A stretch of DNA of 64,000 nt from Eledone cirrhosa (GCA_964016885.1 OZ024741.1:46748001-46812000); one strand, 5' to 3'. Numbered from the stretch's first letter, positions 37,682 through 53,266 are shown. Program-made: numbers and translations. Notes: generated by a model not told the origin, from the sequence alone.

Positions 37682-38510
37682 TTTACACCCTCCTTCTCTC
37701 TAACTATCAAAACTAATGTAGGAAGGAAATTCCTTGACCTCTTAGATAAACATTTTCCTCCTAATCATAGATATTATAAGATATTTAATAGAAATGTAGT
37801 TACTCTTGTTGCCCATCAATGAAGTCTAAGATCACTAATGCAAATCGTACGAGAACAAATCCAGGATGCAGTTGCAGGAAGACGGATGAATGCCCATTAC
37901 AGGGCAAATGTAACACCAAATCCGTTGTTTATGAGGCCAAAGTGACAACCTTTAATCAACAACCAGCCAGCCAGGAGTGAGCGATATGTTGGCATGAACC
38001 AGGACAGGTTTAAAACCAGGTTTTATGCACATGTCGCTTCTTTTAAGCACTCCGATAAAAGAACGGCAACGGCCCTCGCAAGTAAGGTGTGGGAATTCAA
38101 GGATAAAAACATCCCGTACTCTATCGATTGGTCTATTTTAGACCATTCGAGGGAGTACCAAAGGGGCACAAAGAATTGTTCTTTGTGTTCCACGGAAAAA
38201 TATAGGATTTTACAAAACTTGAAAGCCACTTCTGCTTGCCTGAACTCAAAGACCGGGATCTTCAGATGTTGTCCTCACCTGAAATCACATCTGTAACTGG
38301 ATTGACATTCCTACGATAACTCAACCACCTTGAACTCCTTCTCTGCTCTTTACTTCCACTACGGTTTTTTTTACCTGCTGAATCCACGTTCTGTACTCTC
38401 GTATTCTCTTTCTCCCTTATCTCCCCTTATATTTAAACTTTTTCCTATGTCATTTATTTCCTTTTTTCCCCCCTACTTTCTACCTTACCCTTCACATAAC
38501 CAATTTTTTT
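37675..38510 (+). mobile_element. Naiad-type PLE 3' fragment (GIY-YIG)
   Basis: [48 protein letters not shown]. Confidence 0.85.
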
Positions 38511-38545
38511 ATTTTTAAATATTTATTTTTGTGCGTGTGCGTGTG

Positions 38546-39605
38546 TGTTGCGTATGTCGACCTTGAGAAAGCCTTTGACAGAGTTCCACGTGCTGTAATC
38601 TGGTGGGCTCTTAGAAAACTAGGAGTAGATGAATGGCTTGTGAAAGCGGTACAAGCCATGTATAGGGGAGTAGTCAGCAAAGTTAGGATTAGCAATGAGT
38701 ATAGCGAGGAATTTAGCGTACAGGTTGGGGTCCACCAGGGCTCTGTTCTTAGAACTCTCCTGTTCATCATAGTCCAGCAGGCAAAAACGGAGGAGTTTAA
38801 GACCGGATGCCCATGGGAACTCCTGTATGCTGATGACCTCGCACTCATAGCTTAATCTATGGTAGAACTAGAGAATAAATTCCAAACTTGGAAGCAGGGA
38901 CTAGAAAGAAAGGGTCTCAAAGTCAACATGACAAAGACTAAGGTCCTTGTAAGTAGACGAGAAAACAGAACCCATATCCCCTCGGGGAAATGGCCTTGCT
39001 CAGTATGTAGGAAAGGTGTAGGTAGGAACTCCATTCTCTGCCCCAAATGCAAACAATGGGTACACAAGAGATGTAGCGTGATCTCAGGAAGCTTAATTAA
39101 GAATGTAGGATTCACATGCAGCAGCTGTGCTGAGGCAGCAAACAGCCACAGGAAACAAGTACCACCAATCTCTGGGAGGGCCCTGTAGAAACAGTAGACA
39201 GCTTCTGCTACATAGGTGACCAAATTAGCAGCGGAGGTGGGTGTTAAGAAGTTTAGGGAACTACTACCACTGCTAGCTGCAAAAGGCTTCTCCCTCAGAA
39301 TGAAAGGCAGACTGTATGATGCGTGTACCCAAACAGCGATGTTGCATGGTAATGAGACCTGGGCGCTGAAGGTGGAAGACTTACGTAGATTAGAGAGAAA
39401 CGAAGCCTGCATGCTCCGATGGATGTGTAACAGTAATATATGTGAACGACAAAGCATAAATGAATTGAGAGAGAGAGATTGAGCATAAGAGGAATCAAAT
39501 GCTGTGTGCAGGAGAGGCGGCTGCGCTGGTATGGACATGTGATGCGTATGAAGGATGACAGCTGCATAAAAAAGGTGCAGAGCACTAGAAGTTGATGGAA
39601 ACCGC
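38546..39605 (+). mobile_element. RTE LINE RT fragment, related subfamily, disrupted
   Basis: DLEKAFDRV, GVHQGS, LLYADDL. Confidence 0.9.
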
Positions 39606-39609
39606 GGAC

Positions 39610-41988
39610 CTAACCGGCACTCTCACGAGCGACGAGCTGAAACTCCTACACCTCGGACCTAAGTTCATCGTCACACAACGTCTCGACGACAAACTCAAAC
39701 TCAACATCGAGGCCAACTTTTGTCGAGCCGCTTACCAACTTAAATGGGTGACCGCTATCAACAGCGCCACAGATAATAACAGCGCCGACACAACCCACCC
39801 CAAGTTACCCACCTACCACCCCGACAACCCACCCCCCCACCCACTAACCACAAACTCGACACCAAACTCATCAGGCTTAAACACTCCATCTCGGATATAC
39901 TTCACAAACACACACACACAACACTTAACCTCACCAAATCTCAACTCACCACTCTCTCCAACCTAAAATCGAAGAACCTCATCTATCTCCCCTCCGACAA
40001 GGGAAAAGAATTCTGCGTCATCAGCAGAGAGGCCTACAACACCCTGGCCCTCCAACACCTTGACGATGACAACCTCTACTCCAGGGTCACGGGAATCACT
40101 CCCGCGCAGATAGAAGAACACATCAACTCCGCCTGGACCAACATCTGCGACCGGCGGAAGCTCCCGAAGAAGCTGAGATACAACCTCCTCACGAGGAACA
40201 GCAGACTACCCGCCTTCTACCACCTCGTGAAAACACACAAACAGGGACCCGACCTGAAAATCAGGCCCATCGTATCGAGCGTGGAGGGACCACTCTACAA
40301 AATTTCATGGCTCCTAGCCAGAATACTCAAACCCATCTTAGACACCTTGCCGGGACACGTTAACAGCTCCGAGGAGGTTTTGAAGCGCCTGCATCAAATG
40401 GATCCCGACACCAGAAGGAATAACAGATATGCCTTCAGCCTTGATGTAGTCGCTCTCTACACCTCGGTCCCGGCTCTCCCGGCCGTCAATATACTAATGG
40501 AACGCGTCCAATCCACCGACCTACACTGCTTCGGGCTCACCACCACCGACATCCACCAACTCCTATCCATCGTCGTCGACAACACCTACTTCGGATTCCT
40601 TGACCAAATTTACCAACAAACCTCGGGATTGCCCATGGGATCAAGTCTATCAGGTGTGCTAGCCATCTCCTACATTGACAACCTCGAACGAAAGGCTCTC
40701 AACGCCTGCCACCCCAACGGCGTAGCCTTTTTCTCAAGATACGTGGACGATATCCTCATCCTCACATCTTCCCAAGACACGGCGAACAGAATCTATGAGA
40801 CGTTCAACAACACGGACGAGAACATTGACTTCAGTGTTGAACACCCCAACGAAGACGGGTCACTTGCCCTACTCGACTTCCGAATCAACATCACGGAACA
40901 AGGAGGGATCCACTGCAACTTCTACAGAAAGGCAGCCTGCAGGGACCTATTCGTTCACTACAAGTCCGCCCTCCCTAACAGTGCCAAAAGAGGATACATC
41001 ACGAGCGAGATCGCACGAATCAAAAACAGATTCAGCGATCCCGCGAGTGGTGTCACTCATACCAAGCGATTCCTCGAGGTGCTGGAGACGAACGGGTACC
41101 CTACCTCGATCACAGAGAGAATAGGAGACACCAGACGCAAGAGACAGAGAAGCACCCAAGGCAAGTGCTTCCTTAAAATACCACACCTGGGCGAGAAAAC
41201 CACCAACGCTATCCGCAAGGCTATACGGAGGGAGGGCCTCGACATCCACCTGGCCCCTCCCTGCGAAGATGCCTCTCCAGGAAAACCGAAAAGTCTACTG
41301 ACGCATGCTCCCTCAGAGACTGCCCGATACGCCATGCTAACTGTTGCCTATGCACATACGTCGTGTATAAGATAGAATGTGACAGGTGCAACCAATACTA
41401 CATAGGCAGCACAATTCGACCTTTGCACATCAGGATCAAGGAACACATTAAAACCAGGGCCTCGTCTTTCCGGAAACACATAGACAAATGCGGAAACAAA
41501 GACAGAAGGCCCATTGTCACAATTTTAGCGACTGAAAGAAACGTCGGCACATTACGTATTAAGGAAGGGCTTCTTATCAAACGACTACAACCGCAATTAA
41601 ACAACCGTTTAGAGAGAAGCGAAATGAAATGGCTGGTTTAAGTTAACAAGCGATGCAACAACACACAACACACGCACACACACACAAACGAGACAACTAC
41701 ACACACACACGCACACACACAATAGCATTCCACCATACGAACATACCACACTGCCAATACAGATGAACAAGACAACTACACACGCACACACACACACTCA
41801 AGCGAGACAACACACACACACACACACACAGTAACATTTAACAAGCAGGCAGAGAATGGACTGACAGCTAGCGCCATCCCACTCCCTCATTCGGCCGTTG
41901 ACTTCTGTACGACCGACAACATTTCAGGCGCACGCGCGCCCGACCGAATACCTCAAATATTCAAATCACAAACAGCGAAAGACGCGTT
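39610..41988 (+). mobile_element. Penelope/Poseidon-type PLE (RT + GIY-YIG), frameshifted
   Basis: PSDKGK, KTHK..RPIVS, SLDVVALYT, GLPMGS, RYVDD, YKIEC..C..YYIGST. Confidence 0.9.
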
Positions 41989-43462
41989 CCAAGAGGAAGG
42001 AGCAGCCATTGGTGTTAGCATTGCAGGCGACATAGCTAACTTATTCATGGTATGGTGGGACAGTAGACTTAAACTTAAACTTAAAGAACAATTAGAAGAC
42101 AGCTTAACCCTGATAATGTACTCCCGCTACGTAGATGATATAAACATCGTAGTTAAGACACCCCCACTAGAGAACAGTCAGGAACTAGAGAAAAACACAA
42201 TGGAAAGCATCCAGCAAATAGCAAACTCCATCCACCAGAGCATTAGAGTTACTATAGACTACCCAAGTAGACACCCCAACCATCGATTACCTGTACTAGA
42301 CACAGAGCTCTGGTTAGATACCATTAACAACCAAAAACAAATCCTCCATTCCCATTATGCCAAACCCATGACTTCCAAACATCTGATCCACCGAAACTCG
42401 GCCATTTCGGACCATACCAAAATCAACATACTGATTGCGGATTTGGTACGGGTGATGAGAAATGTGTCCCGCATGTGCAACCCCGAAGAACTAGAGAGAC
42501 ACATACAACACTTCATCCACCGTATGCAGTTCTCTGGTTACAATCAGAGAGATAGAATCAGGGTGTATAGAGGAGCCAGAACCAAATGGGAAAAAATGGT
42601 AAATAATGACATAAATGGGACCTGCCCCTTGTATAGGAGCAAATTTTGGAATAGAATAGAAAGAACTAGGAACAAGGCCAATAGAATAAACTCATGGTAT
42701 GATAGCAATAAATACCAGAGTGTAATGTTCATCAATACAACCCCTAGAGGCGAACTAGCCTACAAATTTAGAAGGGCCCTAAATAAACATAAAATCAATA
42801 TTAAGATAGTAGAAAGACCAGGTACCTCCGTAAAAACACTTATTAGCAAGACATACCCGTTCCAAAGACCCTCATGTATAGATAAGAAATGTATAACCTG
42901 TAAAATAAGCCCCCATATTAACTGTAAAACTAGAAATGTAGTGTATAGCATAAGATGTACTGAAGGACAATGTAGAAACAAAAATATAGTGTACATAGGT
43001 GAGACAGCTCGTAGTATAGGGGAACGGATAAATGAACACTGGCGAGACCTTCAAGATAATAAAGAATCATCTGTACTCTACCAACATGCTAAGATAGAAC
43101 ACAAGGGTAAATTAGAGAACATAGAAATAAAAATAGAATCCACACACAGAAAAGATGCAATGTTTAGGCAAATTACAGAGGCAGTAAGCATAAAAGAATT
43201 ACAACCAAAATTAAATAGAAAATATGAGTGGAACAGCAACATCACAACTTACAATTAAGGACAAAATGAAAACACACACACACATAGAACAAACAACCAA
43301 CCAACAACATGTAAATAAATAAACAAATAGATAAATGAACACAAACACACACAGACACCCGGATGTGGCGCATGCGCAAACTGAGCACACAACACACACA
43401 CAGAAACAAAATGGCGTAGGACAGAAGAAAGGAAAGGCACAGAAACAAAGGAAGGAATCCCC

Positions 43463-43507
43463 AGTCACTGAAGAGGTCACAGAGTGTGTGACGAAAGGAC
43501 TATGACT
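43463..43507 (+). ncRNA. Minimal type I hammerhead ribozyme
   Basis: AGTCA-CTGAAGA-G-GTCACA(GAGTG)TGTGAC-GAAA-G(GA)C-TA-TGACT. Confidence 0.8.
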
Positions 43508-46500
43508 ATATATAAACAACTATCTGGTTGTGGAACCAACCAACCAACCAGAAATTTATAAGTTTGTAGATTTGTGAATTTATAAATTTATAAATATATA
43601 ATAAATTGAAGTGAAAGCAACTGGTGCGTGTGTTTCTTATTGGCAACATGACCCTCCCAAAGTATAACAATATCGGTTTCAACACACGATTTCAGATAAA
43701 GAATCTTGCTAAACAAATTCAGAAACGAAATATCGTAAGCCTTAGCCAGGCTAACAAGATACTGAAAACCACCATGTTCTGTTGTCTACGAAAAACCATA
43801 ACATCTCGACAACTATCCTTCATAAAGCAGTGTGCCTCTTCCAGAATCTACACCAACACCATCAATACCGACGTTAGAAGATTACAACTCACCAAAAAAC
43901 AAGCAGATAGGCTAAAACGAACTTTAATTCTAAACATAAAAAAGAAGATCTATAGAGAATTAAGTCATCAAGAAAAACAAAAGCGTAACCTAATACAAGA
44001 AATAGCTAGCATCACCACACCAACAGAGAAACTAATATTTATAAGCCTTATATGCTCCGAAGAACAGTACATTACTCAAGAATGTGATAAGCACTTTAAC
44101 AGGAAACTAAAGTGGCTTAAACAGGCAAAGCTAAATCAGGATACTATAGAGTATACCAATAGATATCCCGACAAAATTGACGGTATCAACATGGCCGACA
44201 CCTCATTATCAGAAGAGTTCAACAACAAAAACACCAACATTTATGGGAACGCAAAAATAGATAATGATGAAATGTCTGTGTTATGTTTGCCGCCGAAATT
44301 TGCGACATTCAAGAAGGTAAATATGATTAGTTGTCTGTCAGAAATAGAAAAATCATTTACAAAACTACGCTGGAGCATCAAAAACAAAAGCAACAATATA
44401 CGCACACACATATACAACACACATCCCAACAACAACAGACACACAGACACAAACAACAATAACAACAACACACACATCAACAACAACAACAATAGCAACA
44501 TACCCAGAAACAACAACAGACACGCAGACACAAACAACAATAACAACACACACAACAACGATAACACACACGGAGACAACAACAACACACATCAACAACA
44601 GCACACATCAACAACAACAACAACACACACGCATTCAATGCCTCTCACCACCACCACAATCTTAACAAACACACAGACACAGAAAACAAGTAATGACAGT
44701 AGCACAGAAATCAGAGAAATAAGGGAAAGTAATAAGATTAAAAGGAAAAGGAGATGGGAGACTAAGGACAAAGAGAATAACCAAGACGAACACACAGACA
44801 CACAAAATAGGGTAGATAACAACATTGAGCCAGTGGAAAGAGACAGGAGTAATTATGAGAGACATAGAAACAACCATGAGGCTGTTGGTGGAAATAGAAA
44901 TAGAAACAACACAACTAACAATAACAATAGCACTAGTACACATAAAGCAGCAGCCTGGAACTCTCCGTTTTATAATCCCTCCGATAAATCATTCGACCTG
45001 CGACGAGTCCACGCCACGACTTTACCATTTAACAAACGCACGCAGTTGCCGTCGCAGGTCGATGAACAAACAGAAGCACAATTTAGTATAGCTAAATCCG
45101 AACTTAGAAATATTATAGAACAGTATAGCAAGAAGCATAATAGAATAGAGGCCCAGCAACTGGGAAAAAAATCTGCAAATGGTTTGCGTAAGCTCATGCA
45201 GCGCTCACGTAATGGAGAGATAGCATGCTTTCCAACAGACAAGTCTGGCAGAATGTCGGTTGACAGCCTGCCAAACTACATCCAGGCAATGTAACCCCAC
45301 ATCACTAACACAAGAGAGGTAACACCACAGGAGCATGAGGATAGAGAAAAAGCCCTCAATGCCCATATGGTGATGTGGACGAATATAATGCAGCCCAACA
45401 AAGGGACTGCCAACAACTTCCAGGCCTGGAACAATGACGTGCCGGCGTTGTATGGGCTTCGAAAAGACCATAAAACGGGCTGTGACCAGCAACACGGCCA
45501 GTCTGTGGAGCTAACATTGCTAGTAACTACAGACTGTCCTACTTCCTCTCCCTGATCATACGCCCCATCATTGAGATGTCCCCAGATGTATGTGACAGCA
45601 CGGAGGACCTCCTCAGCAGAATCGGCGTGAGTAACCGATCTGGGGACCTAACAAACTGCATAATAGGTAGTATGGATGTTGTGTCCCTGTATCCATCTAT
45701 TGACGTGGATTTTGCTGTGGAGAAATGCGTAGAAATGATAAGCGGGAGCAAGGTTGAGTTCCGTGGGATTGATACCAGTGAGCTGGGACTTCTACTTAAG
45801 CTTACCCATAGTAATAGTTACCTAGACACTTATGACCTTAGCAACCTGCGCCCTACAAGACCAGCAAGAGGCAGACCACCTACCATTACCTCAATGGCCA
45901 AGAAAACCCACACAGATAGATGGAACGGGTGGACCAGAGCCATACAGACACCCGAAAACCACGATGAACTGAAGAAAATGATTGCACATGCGGTAGGGGC
46001 CAGCATAAATTTAACCCTTAAGGAACATATGTTCAAATTTAATGGAAAACATATGCCCAAGAGGAAGGAGCAGCCATTGGTGTTAGCATTGCAGGCGACA
46101 TAGCTAACTTATTCATGGTATGGTGGGACAGTAGACTTAAACTTAAAGAACAATTAGAAGACAGCTTAACCCTGATAATGTACTCCCGCTACGTAGATGA
46201 TATAAACATCGTAGTTAAGACACCCCCACTAGAGAACAGTCAGGAACTAGAGAAAAACACAATGGAAAGCATCCAGCAAATAGCAAACTCCATCCACCAG
46301 AGCATTAGAGTTACTATAGACTACCCAAGTAGACACCCCAACCATCGATTACCTGTACTAGACACAGAGCTCTGGTTAGATACCATTAACAACCAAAAAC
46401 AAATCCTCCATTCCCATTATGCCAAACCCATGACTTCCAAACATCTGATCCACCGAAACTCGGCCATTTCGGACCATACCAAAATCAACATACTGATTGC

Positions 46501-47524
46501 GGATTTGGTACGGGTGATGAGAAATGTGTCCCGCATGTGCAACCCCGAAGAACTAGAGAGACACATACAACACTTCATCCACCGTATGCAGTTCTCTGGT
46601 TACAATCAGAGAGATAGAATCAGAGTGTATAGAGGAGCCAGAACCAAATGGGAAAAAATGGTAAATAATGACATAAATGGGACCTGCCCCTTGTATAGGA
46701 GCAAATTTTGGAATAGAATAGAAAGAACTAGGAACAAGGCCAATAGAATAAACTCATGGTATGATAGCAATAAATACCAGAGTGTAATGTTCGTCAATAC
46801 AACCCCTAGAGGCGAACTAGCCTACAAATTTAGAAGGGCCCTAAATAAACATAAAATCAATATTAAGATAGTAGAAAGACCAGGTACCTCCGTAAAAACA
46901 CTTATTAGCAAGACATACCCGTTCCAAAGACCCTCATGTATAGATAAGAAATGTATAACCTGTAAAATAAGCCCCCATATTAACTGTAAAACTAGAAATG
47001 TAGTGTATAGCATAAGATGTACTGAAGGACAATGTAGAAACAAAAATATAGTGTACATAGGTGAGACAGCTCGTAGTATAGGGGAACGGATAAATGAACA
47101 CTGGCGAGACCTTCAAGATAATAAAGAATCATCTGTACTCTACCAACATGCTAAGATAGAACACAAGGGTAAATTAGAGAACATAGAAATAAAAATAGAA
47201 TCCACACACAGAAAAGATGCAATGTTTAGGCAAATTACAGAGGCAGTAAGCATAAAAGAATTACAACCAAAATTAAATAGAAAATATGAGTGGAACAGCA
47301 ACATCACAACTTACAATTAAGGACAAAATGAAAACACACACACACATAGAACAAACAACCAACCAACAACATGTAAATAAATAAACAAATAGATAAATGA
47401 ACACAAACACACACAGACACCCGGATGTGGCGCATGCGCAAACTGAGCACACAACACACACACAGAAACAAAATGGCGTAGGACAGAAGAAAGGAAAGGC
47501 ACAGAAACAAAGGAAGGAATCCCC

Positions 47525-47569
47525 AGTCACTGAAGAGGTCACAGAGTGTGTGACGAAAGGACTATGACT
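47525..47569 (+). ncRNA. Minimal type I hammerhead ribozyme, identical second copy
   Basis: Same sequence as 43463-43507. Confidence 0.8.
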
Positions 47570-48927
47570 ATATATAAACAACTATCTGGTTGTGGAACCA
47601 ACCAACCAACCAGAAATTTATAAGTTTGTAGATTTGTGAATTTATAAATTTATAAATATATAATAAATTGAAGTGAAAGCAACTGGTGCGTGTGTTTCTT
47701 ATTGGCAACATGACCCTCCCAAAGTATAACAATATCGGTTTCAACACACGATTTCAGATAAAGAATCTTGCTAAACAAATTCAGAAACGAAATATCGTAA
47801 GCCTTAGCCAGGCTAACAAGATACTGAAAACCACCATGTTCTGTTGTCTACGAAAAACCATAACATCTCGACAACTATCCTTCATAAAGCAGTGTGCCTC
47901 TTCCAGAATCTACACCAACACCATCAATACCGACGTTAGAAGATTACAACTCACCAAAAAACAAGCAGATAGGCTAAAACGAACTTTAATTCTAAACATA
48001 AAAAAGAAGATCTATAGAGAATTAAGTCATCAAGAAAAACAAAAGCGTAACCTAATACAAGAAATAGCTAGCATCACCACACCAACAGAGAAACTAATAT
48101 TTATAAGCCTTATATGCCCCGAAGAACAGTACATTACTCAAGAATGTGATAAGCACTTTAACAGGAAACTAAAGTGGCTTAAACAGGCAAAGCTAAATCA
48201 GGATACTATAGAGTATACCAATAGATATCCCGACAAAATTGACGGTATCAACATGGCCGACACCTCATTATCAGAAGAGTTCAACAACAAAAACACCAAC
48301 ATTTATGGGAACGCAAAAATAGATAATGATGAAATGTCTGTGTTATGTTTGCCGCCGAAATTTGCGACATTCAAGAAGGTAAATATGATTAGTTGTCTGT
48401 CAGAAATAGAAAAATCATTTACAAAACTACGCTGGAGCATCAAAAACAAAAGCAACAATATACGCACACACATATACAACACACATCCCAACAACAACAG
48501 ACACACAGACACAAACAACAATAACAACAACACACACATCAACAACAACAACAATAGCAACATACCCAGAAACAACAACAGACACGCAGACACAAACAAC
48601 AATAACAACACACACAACAACGATAACACACACGGAGACAACAACAACACACATCAACAACAGCACACATCAACAACAACAACAACACACACGCATTCAA
48701 TGCCTCTCACCACCACCACAATCTTAACAAACACACAGACACAGAAAACAAGTAATGACAGTAGCACAGAAATCAGAGAAATAAGGGAAAGTAATAAGAT
48801 TAAAAGGAAAAGGAGATGGGAGACTAAGGACAAAGAGAATAACCAAGACGAACACACAGACACACAAAATAGGGTAGATAACAACATTGAGCCAGTGGAA
48901 AGAGACAGGAGTAATTATGAGAGACAT

Positions 48928-50495
48928 GTGGGCTCTTAGAAAACTAGGTGTTGATGAATGGCTTGTGAGAGCTATACAAGCCATGTATAAAGAAACAGTC
49001 AGCAAGGTTAGAATTAACAACGAATATAGTGAAGAGTTTAGTGTAAAAGTTGGTGTTCATCAGGGCTCTGTTCTTAGCCCCCTACTATTTATTATTGCCC
49101 TCCAGGCTATAACAGTGGAGTTCAAGACCGGCTGCCCATGGGAACTCCTATACGCAGATGATCTAACGCTCATAGCTGAATCAATGGCCGAGCTAGAGAA
49201 GAAATTCCAAACATGGAAGCACGGCCTAGAATCAAAAGGCCTTAAAATTAACCTGGCTAAGACTAAAGTTCTAGTTTGTAAGAAAGAAAATAAGGCGGCG
49301 GTCCCCTCCGGGAAGTGGCCATGCGCAGAGTGTAGGAAAGGCGTAGGTAGAAATTCCATTTTGTGTCCCAAATGCAAAGTTTGGGTGCATAAAAGATGTA
49401 GTGGGATCACAGGTAAGCTAACTAAGAACATAGATTTTACATGTGTCCGGTGTTCTGGGGCAATAAGTAGCAGCAAGTGCCCACAAAATACTAGCTCTTT
49501 CAACTGCGCAGAGGGTTCTATAGAAATAGTGGACAGCTTCCGTTACCTGGGTGACAAAATCAGCAGTGGGGGAGGGTGCTCTGAAAGTACAGTAGCTAGA
49601 GTCAGAACTGGGTGGAAAAAGTTCAGAGAGCTTATACCACTATTAGCCGCTAAAGGGTTCTCCCTAAAAATGAAAGGCAGGCTGTACGATGCCTGCATAC
49701 GAACAGCAATGTTGCATGGCAGTGAGACCTGGGCATTGTGTGCAGAGGATATACGCAGACTAGAGAGAAACGAAGCTTGCATGCTCCGCTGGATGTGTAA
49801 TAGTAATATACGTGAACGACAAAGCATAAACGAACTAAGGAAAAAATTAGAAATAAGAGGGATCAGATGTTGTTTACTAGAGAGAAGGCTACGTTGGTAT
49901 GGTCACGTGATGCGCATGAAGGACGATAGCTGTATAACAAAGTGCAGGGCAATAAAGATAGATGGTAGCCACGGAATAGGCAGACCCAGAAAAACCTGGG
50001 ACGAGCTGATAAACTCCGACCTCACACACTTACACCTCACCAAGACAATGTCACTGGACCGAGACCTTTGGCGGTACTCAGTAATAGAGAAGACCCGCCT
50101 TACCTAAATACAAAGTAAAACCTACTACAGTCAGTAGGCATCTCTAACAAAATACACCCCCGTCCCACCACCCCCACCCCGCCCCCTTCTATGTAAAGTT
50201 ATGTTGGTGCCACACCATCCAGGCCGAAACAAATGAGATCGTGTAGGTGTCACGACAAAAAAACACACAGTCCACGCTGTAATGTGGCCGTGTAGGCAAC
50301 ACGGTAAAAACCTCCCAGACCCACACTGTAAATGTGGTTGGTGTTAGGAAGGGCATCCAACTGTAGAAAACCTGCCAGACAGTCCTATGCGAGCAAGACA
50401 ATCACTCTTGCCTCAAGTGGGAAAACCCCCGTCCAAACCCATGCAAGCGTGGAACACGGACGTTAAACGTTGATGATGATGATGATGATGATGAT
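48928..50495 (+). mobile_element. 5'-truncated RTE LINE inserted in the third PLE unit
   Basis: Open RT to 50107 (GVHQGS, YADD); (GAT)n tail; the empty site GAGACAT|AGAAAC is visible in unit 2 at ~44866. Confidence 0.95.
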
Positions 50496-51589
50496 AGAAA
50501 CAACCATGAGGCTGTTGGTGGAAATAGAAATAGAAACAACACAAGTAACAATAACAATAGCACTAGTACACATAAAGCAGCAGCCTGGAACTCTCCGTTT
50601 TATAACCCCTCCGATAAATCATTCGACCTGCGACGAGTCCACGCCATGACTTTACCATTTAACAAACGCACGCAGTTGCCGTCGCAGGTCGATGAACAAA
50701 CAGAAGCACAATTTAGTATAGCTAAATCCGAACTTAGAAATATTATAGAACAGTATAGCAAGAAGCATAATAGAATAGAGGCCCAGCAACTCGGAAAAAA
50801 ATCTGCAAATGGCTTGCGTAAGCTCATGCAGCGCTCACGTAATGGAGAGATAGCATGCTTTCCAACAGAAATACTGAAATATATATATACTTATGTATTT
50901 CAGTATTTTTTTGAAGTTTTATCTCAGATTTTGATTATAAACCTAAGAATTTTAAACTAAACATATAGTCATTATTTGTTCACACATTATTGATATGTGT
51001 CTCATTCATGAATATTGATATTTACATTATAATTCATAAGAATTGATAGACTGATGAAACATAATATTTTAAAACTATCATCTTTATTTCTGAATATATC
51101 TCTTCTCCTCCTCCCTCTACACTTGACGGGACTTATGTATCGGCTGTTTTAACTCTACCTCCTGTATCTCACCCCTCCCCTATCTCTCCCACCTCGTATA
51201 ATAGATATTACTCGATCTACCTCTTTTCTCCCACCACATATATCTCTTTCTACCTCTCTTTATTTATTTTTATTTTTATTTCTCTCCGTATCCTTAACAC
51301 TATAACTAAATAAATAAATAAATAAATAAATAAATCTTCACCTCCTCAATTATTTCTCTCTCCCATATCTCTCTCTCTCTATCTCGCTCTGTGGTTTTTT
51401 CTTTACATACTCTTCATCTTCCTCTCTAACTGTCCTTAGCACTATACACTTTCTTTCTTTTTTTTTTTTCTTTTTTTTCTCTCCGTCTCTAACTGTCCTT
51501 AACATTTTCACTACCATAACAACTTTTTAAATGGAAGTTGTAAAATTTTAAGGTATGTCAAATTTATTTATAAAACTGTTTATATATTG

Positions 51590-51655
51590 TATTTTGTCTG
51601 AAGAGAGCATACCATATTTTTAATATGATATCCCTGAAATATATATAATGAAATA
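51590..51655 (+). ncRNA. Decayed hammerhead-like motif in an orphan pyrimidine-rich PLE-like tail (50870-51690)
   Basis: TATTTTGT/ATGAAATA stem I, CTGAAGA, mismatched stem II, GAAA-TATATA-TA. Confidence 0.5.
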
Positions 51656-51695
51656 AATATGGTTTTATAAATGTAGTTTCCATTTGTTTAATATC

Positions 51696-52917
<1,222 letters not shown>

Positions 52918-53175
52918 TTACTATGTGTTTATTCTAGTACGTGTGGGTGCTTACTCTGAAGTGTGAGGAGACGTGTGAAGTACTGAACCCAGCATGACTC
53001 CATTGAAATATGTTGGACGAAAATAGTTGATGAACAGATAGCAGATACTGACCAGAACTTGTGATGACGTGGAGTAAAAACAGCCAATGGCATGACAAGA
53101 GTGGAAAGAAGGTTTTTTGAGGGGTTGTTTTGATGACAACACCCCAGTGATAAAATTTGCTCCGGACATAACAGA

Positions 53176-53266
53176 CGTGTCTGAAAGAACCCGCAGAAGT
53201 AGAATCAGCCAGATCCATACAAGGACCATGACTCGAGCTACATGCCGGCGAAACATTTGTAACACG
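53176..53266 (+). ncRNA. Hammerhead variant (CUGAAAGA core, long stem II) in the 5' pseudo-LTR
   Basis: CGTGT/ACACG stem I; GAAA-CA(TT)TG-TA; second copy at 58874-58964. Confidence 0.7.

Larger units (their letters stand above)
41989..50869 (+). mobile_element. Head-to-tail tandem array of a Neptune-like PLE, 4062-bp period (partial + full + partial)
   Basis: ORFs 42047-43258 and 46115-47320, and 43624-44866 and 47686-48927, are near-identical; SMDVVSLYPS, RYVDD, CxxxxCxxC linker, VY..YIGET; the full unit has a stop at 45294 and frameshifts. Confidence 0.95.

Noticed and set aside
48887-50107. Apparent PLE-RTE fusion protein
   Set aside because: The N-terminal residues come from an off-frame PLE reading; incidental to the insertion
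51044-51082. TGATAG-A-CTGATGA...CTATCA motif
   Set aside because: No GAAA and no stem III
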